A stretch of 34,490 nt of DNA from assembly GCA_964581195.1 (NCBI GenBank), contig CAZONS010000002.1, forward strand, positions 1-34,490. Direction: 5' to 3'. Position numbers and translations under genes: made by a program. The stretch comes from an uncultured Thiobacillus sp. Lineage in GTDB: Bacteria; Pseudomonadota; Gammaproteobacteria; Burkholderiales; Thiobacillaceae. Under the pieces are notes generated by a model, which saw only the letters and a list, made by a program, of their open reading frames with translations, searched no databases and had not been told where the DNA came from. Positions 10,613 through 19,194 of this stretch are shown here, one piece after another; the stretch's first letter is position 1; every line of letters begins with the position of its first letter.

Positions 10613-11168
10613 CACCGGCAAGCCCTCGATGCGCGACCTGGCGGGGCACTTTCCGCGCGCGGGGCGCATCGAACAGGTCTTTCTTCGACCCGAGCGACGG
10701 GCGCCGGCGCGATCGGTGGCCGAGGCGCTGGCGATCGCGGGGCGCGGCCTGGAGGGCGATCGTGCCGCGCGGCGCGCGCCGGCGCGTCCGGAAGGCGGCG
10801 CCCGTCAGATCACCCTGATCCAGGCCGAGCATCTGCCCGTGGTGGCGGCGTTCCTGGGCCAGGCGCGGGTCGATGCGGCGTTGTTGCGGCGCAATCTGGT
10901 GGTCTCCGGCCTCAACCTGCTCGCCGCGCGCGCGCTGTTCCGCGACCGGCCCGTGCACCTGCGGATCGGCGCCGAGGTGGTGCTGGAAGTGACCGGCCAT
11001 TGCGCGCCCTGTTCGCGCATGGAGGAAGTGCTCGGCCCGGGCGGTTACAACACGATGCGTGGGCATGGCGGGGTGAACGCGCGGGTGCTGGTCGGTGGGC
11101 GGATCGCGGTGGGGGATGGGCTACTCTGTAGCGCGGGCGTTATGTCCCGCGGGGACGGTATCCTTTAG
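10602..11168 (+). CDS. MOSC-domain protein
   Basis: 188 aa. [10 protein letters not shown]...[32 protein letters not shown] matches the MOSC beta-barrel with its conserved Cys. The GTG start overlaps the ykgJ-like stop by 11 nt. An alternative ATG is at 10629. Confidence 0.75.
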   Translation: MSPDTGKPSMRDLAGHFPRAGRIEQVFLRPERRAPARSVAEALAIAGRGLEGDRAARRAPARPEGGARQITLIQAEHLPVVAAFLGQARVDAALLRRNLVVSGLNLLAARALFRDRPVHLRIGAEVVLEVTGHCAPCSRMEEVLGPGGYNTMRGHGGVNARVLVGGRIAVGDGLLCSAGVMSRGDGIL

Positions 11169-11245
11169 GGCCCGCCTGCTTCGTTATTCTGATCAGCCCT
11201 ACGATGCAGGCGGGACGCCTGCGCTACTTGATTACTGGAAGCAAG

Positions 11246-11812
11246 ATGACTCAGGAAGCTGTGAACAAGGATGAAGTCCTCGCCGCCATGCGCGAGTGGC
11301 TGGAGAAGGCGGTGATCGGGCTGAATCTGTGCCCGTTCGCCAAGTCGGTCTACGTGAAGAATCAGGTGCGCTTCGTGGTCAGCGAGGCGACGCACCTCGA
11401 CGGTTTCCTGGAAGACCTGGATCGGGAACTGGATCTGCTCGCGGCCGCGAACCCGGAGGAGATCGACACCACCTTGTTGATCCATCCGACCCTGTTGCCG
11501 GATTTCGAGGATTTCAACGATTTCACGGTCATCGCCGAGGCGGCGGTGGAGGAACATGGCCTGGAAGGCATTCTCCAGGTCGCCAGTTTCCATCCCGCCT
11601 TCCAGTTCGCCGATACCGAGCCGGACGACATCGGCAACTACACCAACCGGGCGCCGTATCCGACCCTGCACCTGATCCGCGAGGCGAGCATCGAGCGCGC
11701 GGTGGCGGCCTACCCGGATGCCGAGGCGATCTATGGCCGCAACATCGAGACCCTGAAGAAGCTGGGCATCGCGGGTTGGCGGGCGCTGGGGTTTGCGGAT
11801 AAGGCGAAGTAA
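11246..11812 (+). CDS. DUF1415-family protein
   Basis: Part of ORF 11204..11812. The ATG at 11246 gives MTQEAVNKDEVLAAMREWLEKAVIGLNLCPFAK. The LCPFA motif and the length of about 190 aa fit DUF1415, from memory. Confidence 0.65.
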   Translation: MTQEAVNKDEVLAAMREWLEKAVIGLNLCPFAKSVYVKNQVRFVVSEATHLDGFLEDLDRELDLLAAANPEEIDTTLLIHPTLLPDFEDFNDFTVIAEAAVEEHGLEGILQVASFHPAFQFADTEPDDIGNYTNRAPYPTLHLIREASIERAVAAYPDAEAIYGRNIETLKKLGIAGWRALGFADKAK

Positions 11813-11868
11813 TGTAGCGCCGGCTTCGCACATCAAATTAAAAGAGCCGGCTGGAAGCCGGCGCTACA
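11813..11868. terminator. REP family D palindrome acting as a probable bidirectional terminator between convergent genes
   Basis: TGTAGCGCCGGCTTC (11813-11827) pairs with GAAGCCGGCGCTACA (11854-11868). It sits exactly between the DUF1415 stop (11812) and the histidine kinase stop (11874). Confidence 0.6.
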
Positions 11869-11873
11869 GGTCG

Positions 11874-13205
11874 TCAGCGCGGCAGTGTCAGCGTCGCGCG
11901 CAGGCCGCCTTCTTGGCGGTTGCTCAGGGTGACGTCGCCGCCGTGGGCGCGGGCGAGATTGCGGGCGATGGCCAGCCCGAGACCGGTGCCGCCGGTGGCG
12001 CGGTTGCGCGAGGCTTCGCCGCGGCGGAAGGGTTCGAACAGGGTTTCCAGTTCGGCTTCGGCGATGCCGGGGCCGTGGTCGTCGATGTGCAGGGTGAGTG
12101 TCTGCCGCGTGTCCTCCACCCTCACCGTGGCGCCGCCGCCGTAGCGCACGGCGTTGTCGAGCAGGTTGGCGAGGCAACGCTTCAGGGCCTGGGGCCGCGC
12201 CAGCAGCGGGCGCTGGGCTTCGCCCCGTATTTCCACCGCGCCACCCGATACGCCACCTGATACGCCACCCAATGCGCCCATGTCGTCGGCGAGGGTGGAG
12301 AGCAGGGCGTTGATGTCCAGTGGCACGCCGGTTTCCTGGCGCGATTCGCCGCGCAGGAAATCCAGGGTGGCGGCGATCATGGTTTCCATGTCTTCCAGGT
12401 CGCGCAGGAATTTCTGCCGCTGTCCCGCTTCCGGCAGCATTTCGGCGCGCAGCTTGAGGCGGGTGATGGGGGTCTTCAGGTCGTGCGAGACGGCGGCGAG
12501 GATGCGCAGTCGGTCATTGAGGTAACTGGCCAGACGACCTTGCATGGTGTTGAAGGCATGCGCGGCCTGGCGCACTTCGCGCGGGCCGTTCTCCTTCAGC
12601 GGCGCGCCGCCGGCGAGGTCGCGGCCAAGGGCGTCGGCCGCCCGCGCCAGGCGCCGCAACGGCCGCACCGCCCAGTGCAGGGCCAGCAGGGCGAGCACGG
12701 CGATGGCGAGAAAGTAGCCGGTGAGCAACGGCAGGTGGCGGCTGGGGAGGAGGGCGGGGTTGTCCGGGTAGCGGTGCGCGGCGATCACCCCCTGGCCGTC
12801 GCTCAGGGTGAAGTAGACCCGGGTCGCGGGTGGGCGGTCCTCGGGATCGGGCGGCATGTCGCTCGCCACCCGGACCTGGCGCCGCGCGCCCAGGACTTCC
12901 CGCAGCCGCGTCTGCAACTGGCCGAGGCCGCCCTCGCTCGATCCGGGCGGTGGTGTGTCGACCAGGCTGAAGGTGATGCGCGGCGAATCGAGCACTTGCA
13001 GCAAATCCTTGCGTTCGTCCGGTGGCGTGCGGTCCAGCTTGTCCGCGACCGCGGCCAGGCGGTGTCCCAGCGGCCCGGCGACCAGGTGCGAGATGACCCG
13101 TTGCCGTTCTTCCTCGTACAGGCGCCCCGCCACCCATTGCGCGGCGAGCAGGCCGAACAGCAGCACGGCGGCGACTCGCAGGTAGAGGGAATCGAAGCGC
13201 TTCAT
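11874..13205 (-). CDS. EnvZ-like sensor histidine kinase (2 TM, HAMP, HisKA, HATPase_c)
   Basis: H-box AAVSHDLKTPITRL, N-box LLDNAVRYG, G1 DDHGPGI, G2 GGTGLGLAIA. I chose the ATG at 13205 (MKRFDSLYLRVAAVLLF), 7 nt after the regulator stop. The track start at 13244 is an alternative. Confidence 0.9.
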   Translation of the reverse strand: MKRFDSLYLRVAAVLLFGLLAAQWVAGRLYEEERQRVISHLVAGPLGHRLAAVADKLDRTPPDERKDLLQVLDSPRITFSLVDTPPPGSSEGGLGQLQTRLREVLGARRQVRVASDMPPDPEDRPPATRVYFTLSDGQGVIAAHRYPDNPALLPSRHLPLLTGYFLAIAVLALLALHWAVRPLRRLARAADALGRDLAGGAPLKENGPREVRQAAHAFNTMQGRLASYLNDRLRILAAVSHDLKTPITRLKLRAEMLPEAGQRQKFLRDLEDMETMIAATLDFLRGESRQETGVPLDINALLSTLADDMGALGGVSGGVSGGAVEIRGEAQRPLLARPQALKRCLANLLDNAVRYGGGATVRVEDTRQTLTLHIDDHGPGIAEAELETLFEPFRRGEASRNRATGGTGLGLAIARNLARAHGGDVTLSNRQEGGLRATLTLPR

Positions 13206-13212
13206 TCCGGGG

Positions 13213-13929
13213 TCATTCCTTTTCCACGGCCACCGCCAGGACATAGCCCTCGTTGCGCACGGTCTTGATCAGATGCGGTTCGCGGGCATCGTCGCCGAGC
13301 TTCTTGCGCAGGCGTCCGATCTGGACATCGACGGCGCGGTCGAAGGGCGCGGCCTCGCGGCCCTGGGTGAATTCCAGCAACTGGTCGCGCGACAGCACCC
13401 GGTTCGGGTGTTCCACCAGCACCCGCAAAATCTTGTATTCGACGCCGGAGAGGGCCACCACGACGCCGGTGGGCGACAGCAACTGCCGCGTCTCGGTATC
13501 CAGATGCCAGCCGGCGAAGCGGAAGCGGCGCACGTCCTCGGCGGCGAGGTTCTCCGGCAGGCTGCCGGCGCGGCGGAGGATGCTCCTGATGCGGGCGAGC
13601 AGTTCGCGCGGGTTGAAGGGCTTGGCCAGATAGTCGTCGGCGCCCATCTCCAGGCCGACGATGCGGTCGACCTCGTCGCCGCGGGCGGTGAGCATCAGGA
13701 TCGGAATGCGGCTGCGCGCGCGCAGGTGCCGGCACAGGGACAGCCCGTCCTCACCCGGCAGCATGAGGTCGAGGATCACCAGATCGAACGGCGCCGCCGC
13801 CAGCGCCCGCCGCATCTCGCGGCCGTCGGCGACGGCGGTGAGGCGAAAGCCGGCCTGACCGAGATAATCGCGCAGCAGGTCGCGCAATTCGGGGTCGTCG
13901 TCCACCAGCAGCAGATGATTGTGGTTCAT
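13213..13929 (-). CDS. OmpR/PhoB-family response regulator
   Basis: Internal ATG of ORF 13213..14340. MNHNHLLLVDDDPELRDLL...DLVILDLMLPGEDG (receiver domain) plus a winged-helix C-terminus (GYVLAV). Confidence 0.9.
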   Translation of the reverse strand: MNHNHLLLVDDDPELRDLLRDYLGQAGFRLTAVADGREMRRALAAAPFDLVILDLMLPGEDGLSLCRHLRARSRIPILMLTARGDEVDRIVGLEMGADDYLAKPFNPRELLARIRSILRRAGSLPENLAAEDVRRFRFAGWHLDTETRQLLSPTGVVVALSGVEYKILRVLVEHPNRVLSRDQLLEFTQGREAAPFDRAVDVQIGRLRKKLGDDAREPHLIKTVRNEGYVLAVAVEKE

Positions 13930-13994
13930 GGCCTGGTTGTCCGAATCGTCATGACGGCTATTGTCCCGCTTGATCCGGCCGGTGGTGGTCAATT

Positions 13995-14009
13995 TGTAAA
14001 TTCGTGTAA
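13995..14009. promoter_or_regulatory. Candidate OmpR-family binding site: direct repeat TGTAA-N5-TGTAA in the divergent promoter region
   Basis: TGTAA occurs at 13995 and at 14005, a 10-bp phasing. An inverted copy TTACA is at 14066-14070. The site lies between the regulator start (13929) and the small secreted protein start (14134). Confidence 0.3.
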
Positions 14010-14133
14010 CAACCGCCGTTCCGACGCGCCGGGATACAAATCGGCCCTGGCGTGAAACCGGGCGGTTACACCCGTTTGCTGAAATGGAATCGTCGCGATG
14101 AGCGATGGCTTCCAACCGATTCAGGAGACGATC

Positions 14134-14478
14134 ATGACGAAACGCACACTTACCTATCTGACCACCGGCCTGGTGCTTGCCGCCGGTCTGGCCCTGGCCT
14201 CCGAGCCCCCGCCGCAAGCTCCCAAGGAACAGGTCTATGGCAGTCAGTTGATGACCCATCAGGAACGCGCCGCGCATCGCGCCAAGATGCGCGCGGCCCA
14301 GACGCCCGAGGAAAGGGCGAAGGCGCGCGCGGAACAGCACGAGCGCATGCAGGAACGCGCGCGGCAGCTCGGGGTTGAAGTGCCGGCCACGCCGCCCGCC
14401 GTGGGTGGCGGCATGGGGCCGGGGCCGGGCGGCGGCATGGGCATGGGGCCCGGCGGTGGCGGCGGTCGTAACCGCTGA
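14134..14478 (+). CDS. Small secreted protein with an LTxxQ-like helix and a Gly/Met/Pro-rich tail (possible CpxP/Spy/ZraP-like periplasmic metal-stress protein)
   Basis: CAGGAGACGATC precedes the ATG. Signal peptide MTKRTLTYLTTGLVLAAGLALA. Charged helical segment LMTHQERAAHRAKMRAAQTPEERAKARAEQHERMQERARQLG. Tail GGGMGPGPGGGMGMGPGGGGGRNR. Confidence 0.7.
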   Translation: MTKRTLTYLTTGLVLAAGLALASEPPPQAPKEQVYGSQLMTHQERAAHRAKMRAAQTPEERAKARAEQHERMQERARQLGVEVPATPPAVGGGMGPGPGGGMGMGPGGGGGRNR

Positions 14479-14509
14479 CGCATTTCCGGCGGAACATGGC
14501 TTTCATGTC

Positions 14510-14538
14510 GCGGGGTGTGGCCATTGGTCGCACCCCGC
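14510..14538 (+). terminator. Weak stem-loop after the small protein gene
   Basis: GCGGGGTG, a 13-nt loop, then CACCCCGC. There is no clear T-tract, so termination is probably only partial. Confidence 0.3.
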
Positions 14539-14610
14539 CAGACATGATTTGGACTTGGTTTAAGACTCCTTTAAGGTGTCGCGATTAGTTTCCCGTCAAC
14601 TCATTCAACG

Positions 14611-15699
14611 ATGCTTCCCATGCGCTTGTCCTCCCTGTTGTTAGTGCTGTTTGCGTGCGGTGTACACGCCGCTCCCATCACGCTCACCCCCCTCCAGATC
14701 AAGTCGCTGGGCGTGGAAACCGCGCCGCTGACCCGGCATGCCGGCAGCCTGTCGCCGGGCATGCCGGCCAACGTGGTTATTCCCGATGGCCAGATCCGTG
14801 TCGTGGCCGCGCCGGTGGCCGGCCTGGTGCTGGCGACGCTGGCGGCGGAGGGGGAGCCGGTACGGCGCGGTCAGGCGCTCGTCCGCCTGTCCAGTCCTGA
14901 GTTGATCGCTCTACAGGGCGGCCTGGCGCAGGCGGCCAGCGCGCTCGATCTGGCGCGGGACAGCGCCCGCCGCGACGAGGGGCTGCTGCGCGAGGGCATC
15001 ATTCCCGAGGCGCGGGCGCGCGCCAGCGCCGCCACCCTGGCCCAGGCGAAGGCGGCGCTCAATGCGCAGCGCGCCGCGTTGCGCGCGCAGGGGCTGAATG
15101 ACGCCGCCATCGCCCGCGCCGAGCGCGGCGAGGGTTACAGCAGCGAGATCACGCTGGCCGCGCCGATCACTGGCGTGGTCGTCGCCCGCCAGGCGGCGCT
15201 GGGCAGCCGGGTGGACGCGGCCACGGCGCTCTATACCGTCGCCAGTCTGGATCCGTTGTGGATCGAGATCGACGCGCCCTCCGACGTGGCGGCGCGGATC
15301 AGGCCCGGCATGAAGGTGGAACTGCCGGGACGGCGGGCGTCCGGTAGCGTGTTGCGGGTACTGCCCGCGACCAGCGCGGCGCAGACGGTGCGCATCCGCG
15401 CCCGCGTGAGCAATCCGGAGGGCGCGCTGCGCGCCGGCCAGAGCGTGGCGGCGCGCATCACCGGCCTCGGCGGCGGCCAGGAATGGCGCGTGCCGGTGCG
15501 GGCCGTGGCGCGGGAGGCGGGCAAGGCCTATGTCTTCGTGCGTCGCCCGGAGGGCTTCGAGGCGCGTGAAATCAGGGTGCTGTCGCAATCCGCCAGCATG
15601 GTTGCCCTGGAGGCCGATTTCAGGGAGGGCGAACTGGTGGCGGTGGGGGGTATCGCCGCGCTCAAGGCCGCCTGGCTGGGAGCGGAAGATGGGCAGTAA
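14611..15699 (+). CDS. RND efflux periplasmic adaptor (membrane fusion protein, CzcB/CusB-like)
   Basis: 362 aa. Signal sequence MLPMRLSSLLLVLFACGVHA, then the lipoyl/hairpin/beta-barrel pattern typical of HlyD-family adaptors (GQALVRLSSPEL...APITGVV..). Confidence 0.85.
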   Translation: MLPMRLSSLLLVLFACGVHAAPITLTPLQIKSLGVETAPLTRHAGSLSPGMPANVVIPDGQIRVVAAPVAGLVLATLAAEGEPVRRGQALVRLSSPELIALQGGLAQAASALDLARDSARRDEGLLREGIIPEARARASAATLAQAKAALNAQRAALRAQGLNDAAIARAERGEGYSSEITLAAPITGVVVARQAALGSRVDAATALYTVASLDPLWIEIDAPSDVAARIRPGMKVELPGRRASGSVLRVLPATSAAQTVRIRARVSNPEGALRAGQSVAARITGLGGGQEWRVPVRAVAREAGKAYVFVRRPEGFEAREIRVLSQSASMVALEADFREGELVAVGGIAALKAAWLGAEDGQ

Positions 15700-15725
15700 T
15701 ACCCGTGTCACCCCTGGTACCTCTG

Positions 15726-16102
15726 GCTCCCACGCCCCAGCGTGGGAGCAAGTGCCGACGCTCCAGCGTCGAGTCTTGGCGATGTCGCCAGGTCCACGGG
15801 ACGCTGGAGCGTCCAGACTTGCTCCCACGCTGGAGCGTGGGAGCGAGGGTCAACCCCGTAGCCCGGATGCAGCTTCAGCGGAATCCGGGGATGTGTTCGT
15901 GCGAGTCCCGGATAGCGCTGGCTCTAACGCCCCAGCGTCGGCGCTTGCTCCCACGCTGGAGCGTGGGAGCGAGGGTCAACCCCGTAGCCCGGATGCGGCT
16001 TCAGCGGAATCCGGGGATGTGTTCGTGCGAGTCCCGGATAGCGCTGGCTCTAACGCCCCGGCGTCGGCGCTTGCTCCCACGCTGGAGCGTGGGAGCGAGG
16101 GT
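15726..16102. repeat. Composite REP array between the adaptor and pump genes; includes 2.26 tandem copies of a 126-bp unit (15818-16102)
   Basis: GCTCCCACGC-N4-GCGTGGGAGC starts at 15726, 15821, 15947 and 16073. The 126-bp period is confirmed by CTTGCTCCC at 15818, 15944 and 16070. The two full copies differ at only 2 positions. Each unit also contains the family A half-unit GTAGCCCGGATGC.GCTTCAGCGGAATCCGGGG. Confidence 0.9.
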
Positions 16103-16134
16103 TGTGTCCCCTTTGGGAATGGGGGGAGATCGTC

Positions 16135-19100
16135 ATGCTGAACAAGCTTGCCGAATTCGCCCTCACCCAGCGTCTGCTCACGTTGCTGTTCACCCTGATG
16201 CTGGTGGCGGCTGGAGTGAAGGCATGGCGCGAGATTCCCATCGACGCCTTCCCCGATGTCTCCACCACCCAGGTCAAGCTGATCCTGAAGGCCCCTGGCA
16301 TGACGCCGGAGGAAGTCGAGGCGCGTCTGGTGGCGCCGATCGAAACCGAGATGCTGGGCATTCCGAAACAGCGCTTGCTGCGTTCCGTGGCGAAATACGC
16401 GTTGACCGACATCACCATCGATTTCGAGGATGGCACCGACATCTATTGGGCGCGACAGCAGGTGGCGGAGCGGCTCGCGGCGGTGATGGGCGATCTGCCG
16501 GAGGGCGTGTCCGGCGGCCTGGCGCCGATCACCACGCCGCTGTCGGAAATGTTCATGTTCACCGTCGAGGGCCCCTTGCCGCTGGATGAGCGGCGCGCCC
16601 TGCTGGACTGGGTGATCCGGCCGCAGCTGCGCACCCTGCCGGGGGTGGCGGACGTCAATTCGCTGGGCGGTTTCGCGCGCACCTTCGAGGTGGCGCCGGA
16701 CAACGCGGCGATGAGCGCGCGTGGCGTCACCCTGGCGGAGCTCATGGGCGCGCTGGAGACCAACCTGAAGAATGACGGCGCCGGACGTCTGGCCGAGGGC
16801 GAGGAAGTCTGGGTGGTGCGGATCGAGGGCGCGGTGAAATCGCTGGACGATCTCGCCGCCATCGTCGTGAAGCGGGTCGGCGGCGTGCCGGTGCGGGTCG
16901 CCGACGTGGCGCGGGTGCGGGTGTCCAGCCTCACCCGCTATGGCGGTGTCACCAAGGATGGCCAGGGCGAGGCGGTGGAGGGTCTGGTCCTGGGCCTGAA
17001 GGGCGCCAACGCGCAGCAGGTGGTGGCGCGGGTCAAGGCGCGGCTCGGGGAGATCGCTCCCCGCTTGCCGAAAGGGGTCACCGTGGAGCCTTTCTACGAC
17101 CGCTCCAGCCTGGTCGAACGCGCCGTCGGCACGGTGGCGAACGCGCTCATGGAGGCCGTGGTGCTGGTGCTGATCCTGCTGTTCCTGTTCCTCGGCAACG
17201 TTCGCGCCGCGCTCACCGTGGCCGTGGCCCTGCCGCTGTCCGCGCTCGCCGCGTTCTGGCTGATGCAGCGTTTCGGCCTTTCCGCCAACCTGATGAGCCT
17301 GGGCGGGCTGGCCATCGCCATCGGCCTGCTGGTGGATGCGGCGGTGGTGGTGGTGGAAAACATCGTGACGCGGCTGTCGCACCCGAGTGGGGCGCCCAAG
17401 CTGCACGAGGTCTACCGCGCGGTGCGCGAGGTCTCGACGCCGACGGCGGCCGGGGTGTTGATCATCCTGATCGTGTTCCTGCCGCTGCTGACCCTGGAGG
17501 GGCTGGAGGGCAAGCTGTTCATCCCGGTGGCGCTGACCATCGTCTTCGCCCTTGGCGCGGCCTTGTTCCTGTCCCTGACCGTGGTGCCGGCGCTGGGCGC
17601 CCTGATCATCAAGGAGGGCGCGCACGGGGAACCCTGGCTGATGCGGAAACTGGATCGCCTCTATCGGCCGCTGCTGGATTGGGCGCTGGGCCACTTCCGC
17701 CTGGTGCTGGCCGGCGCCTTCGCCCTGTTGCTGGCGGCGGCGGCGATCTATCCCTTCATCGGCAAGTCATTCATGCCCACCCTGGACGAGGGCGATCTGC
17801 TGATCCAGCTGGAAAAGCTGCCTTCGATCAGCCTTGAAGCCAGTCTCGACATCGATCTGCGCGTGCAGCGGGCGCTCATGGCGCGGGTGCCGGAGATCCA
17901 GGGCGTGGTGGCGCGGGCCGGTTCCGACGAGTTGGGCCTGGACCCGATGAGCCTCAATCAGACCGATACCTTCCTGGTGCTGAAGCCCAAGGCCGAATGG
18001 CGGCAGCCGGACAAGGAATGGCTGACCGAGGAAATCCGCAAGGTGATGGCGGACTTCCCCGGCGTCGATTACGGCTTCACCCAGCCCATCGACATGCGTG
18101 TGTCGGAAATGCTCACCGGTTCGCGCGGCGACCTGGCGGTGAAGGTGTTCGGCACCGATCTGGCGGCGCTCAACCAGCTGGCCGGCGAGGTCGAAGCCCT
18201 GCTGAAGGGCATTCCCGGCGCCCAGGACGTGTTCTCGGTGAAGAACGATGGCGTCCAGTATTTCCGTGTCGAACTCGATCGCCTGGCCCTGGGGCGTCAT
18301 GGCCTCAGCGCGGACGCGGTGTCCGATTTCCTGAAGGCGCATCTGGAAGGCGTGAAGATCGGCATGATCCAGGAGGGCGCCCGCCGCACGCCGCTGGTCC
18401 TGCGCGCCGGCGAGAACGTGCGCGTCTCGCCGGCCCTGTTCGAGCGTCTGCGCATTCCCACCGACGATGGCCTCGCCATCCCCTTGACCGAGGTGGCGCA
18501 TCTGGTTCGCGCCGACGGGCCGGTGGCGGTCAACCGCGAGAACGGCGCCCGCTATGTGGTGATCCAGAGCAATGTCAGCGGCCGCGACCTGGTCGGCTTC
18601 GTCGAGGACGTGAAGCGCGCGGTGGCCGCCAAGGTGCGCCTGCCGCAGGGATACAGCGTCGTCTACGGCGGCCAGTTCGAGAACCAGCAGCGCGCCGCCA
18701 TGCGTCTGGCGGTGGTTGTGCCGGTGGCGTTGGGTTTGATCTTCCTGCTGCTGTTCGCCACCTTCCGTTCCCTGCGCCAGGCCACGCTGATCATGGCCAA
18801 TGCGCCCTTCGCCCTGGTCGGCGGCGTGATGGCCATGGGTGTCACCGGCGAGTATCTGTCGGTGCCGGCTTCGGTGGGTTTCATCGCCCTGCTCGGCATC
18901 GCGGTGTTGAACGGTGTCGTGCTGGTGTCCTACTTCAACCAGTTGCGCGACGAGGGCCTGGCCGCCGCCAGCGTGGTGCGGGAGGGATCGCTGCGCCGCC
19001 TGCGGCCGGTGATGATGACCGCCAGCATCACCGCCTTCGGCCTGTTGCCCCTGCTCACCGCCAGCGGGCCGGGTTCGGAGATCCAGAAACCGTTGGCCAT

Positions 19101-19194
19101 CGTGGTCATGGGCGGACTGTTCACCTCGACGGTGCTCACCTTGCTGGTACTGCCGGTGTTGTATCGGCGCTTCATATTGGGAGACAAGACATGA
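16135..19194 (+). CDS. Heavy-metal-efflux-type RND inner-membrane pump (CzcA/CusA family)
   Basis: Part of ORF 16102..19194. The ATG at 16135 is preceded by GGGGGGAG. MLNKLAEFALTQRLLTLLFTLMLVAAGV..IDAFPDVS is the canonical HME-RND N-terminus. About 1019 aa with a 12-TM pattern. Confidence 0.95.
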   Translation: MLNKLAEFALTQRLLTLLFTLMLVAAGVKAWREIPIDAFPDVSTTQVKLILKAPGMTPEEVEARLVAPIETEMLGIPKQRLLRSVAKYALTDITIDFEDGTDIYWARQQVAERLAAVMGDLPEGVSGGLAPITTPLSEMFMFTVEGPLPLDERRALLDWVIRPQLRTLPGVADVNSLGGFARTFEVAPDNAAMSARGVTLAELMGALETNLKNDGAGRLAEGEEVWVVRIEGAVKSLDDLAAIVVKRVGGVPVRVADVARVRVSSLTRYGGVTKDGQGEAVEGLVLGLKGANAQQVVARVKARLGEIAPRLPKGVTVEPFYDRSSLVERAVGTVANALMEAVVLVLILLFLFLGNVRAALTVAVALPLSALAAFWLMQRFGLSANLMSLGGLAIAIGLLVDAAVVVVENIVTRLSHPSGAPKLHEVYRAVREVSTPTAAGVLIILIVFLPLLTLEGLEGKLFIPVALTIVFALGAALFLSLTVVPALGALIIKEGAHGEPWLMRKLDRLYRPLLDWALGHFRLVLAGAFALLLAAAAIYPFIGKSFMPTLDEGDLLIQLEKLPSISLEASLDIDLRVQRALMARVPEIQGVVARAGSDELGLDPMSLNQTDTFLVLKPKAEWRQPDKEWLTEEIRKVMADFPGVDYGFTQPIDMRVSEMLTGSRGDLAVKVFGTDLAALNQLAGEVEALLKGIPGAQDVFSVKNDGVQYFRVELDRLALGRHGLSADAVSDFLKAHLEGVKIGMIQEGARRTPLVLRAGENVRVSPALFERLRIPTDDGLAIPLTEVAHLVRADGPVAVNRENGARYVVIQSNVSGRDLVGFVEDVKRAVAAKVRLPQGYSVVYGGQFENQQRAAMRLAVVVPVALGLIFLLLFATFRSLRQATLIMANAPFALVGGVMAMGVTGEYLSVPASVGFIALLGIAVLNGVVLVSYFNQLRDEGLAAASVVREGSLRRLRPVMMTASITAFGLLPLLTASGPGSEIQKPLAIVVMGGLFTSTVLTLLVLPVLYRRFILGDKT

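Noticed and set aside
13930-14340. Long N-terminal extensions offered by the ORF track (13213..14340, 19271..20824, 24372..25274, 29302..30246, 30322..31305, 31232..33757)
   Set aside because: In each case the extension is Arg/Pro/Gly-rich non-coding-looking sequence or runs through a repeat. An internal ATG gives the canonical family N-terminus (receiver domain, signal peptide or ExbB TM1) with a better RBS or translational coupling.
15530-16589. ORFs 15530..16141 and 15705..16589 with repeated peptide blocks (APTLERGSEGQPRSPDAASAESGDVFVRVPDSAGSNAPASAL x2); also considered a CRISPR array
   Set aside because: The repeated peptides are simply the translation of the 126-bp (3 x 42) REP tandem. 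It is not a CRISPR array. The repeats are contiguous with no unique spacers, the period is far too long, the units are internally palindromic REP composites, and no cas genes are present.
15976-17694. 572-aa minus-strand ORF and the 17997..19496 (+) 499-aa ORF across the RND pump gene
   Set aside because: Both are alternative frames of the CzcA-like gene with Arg/Gly/His/Gln/Asp-rich nonsense translation. Only the last 306 nt of 17997..19496 (19191-19496), beyond the pump stop, look like a real small gene.
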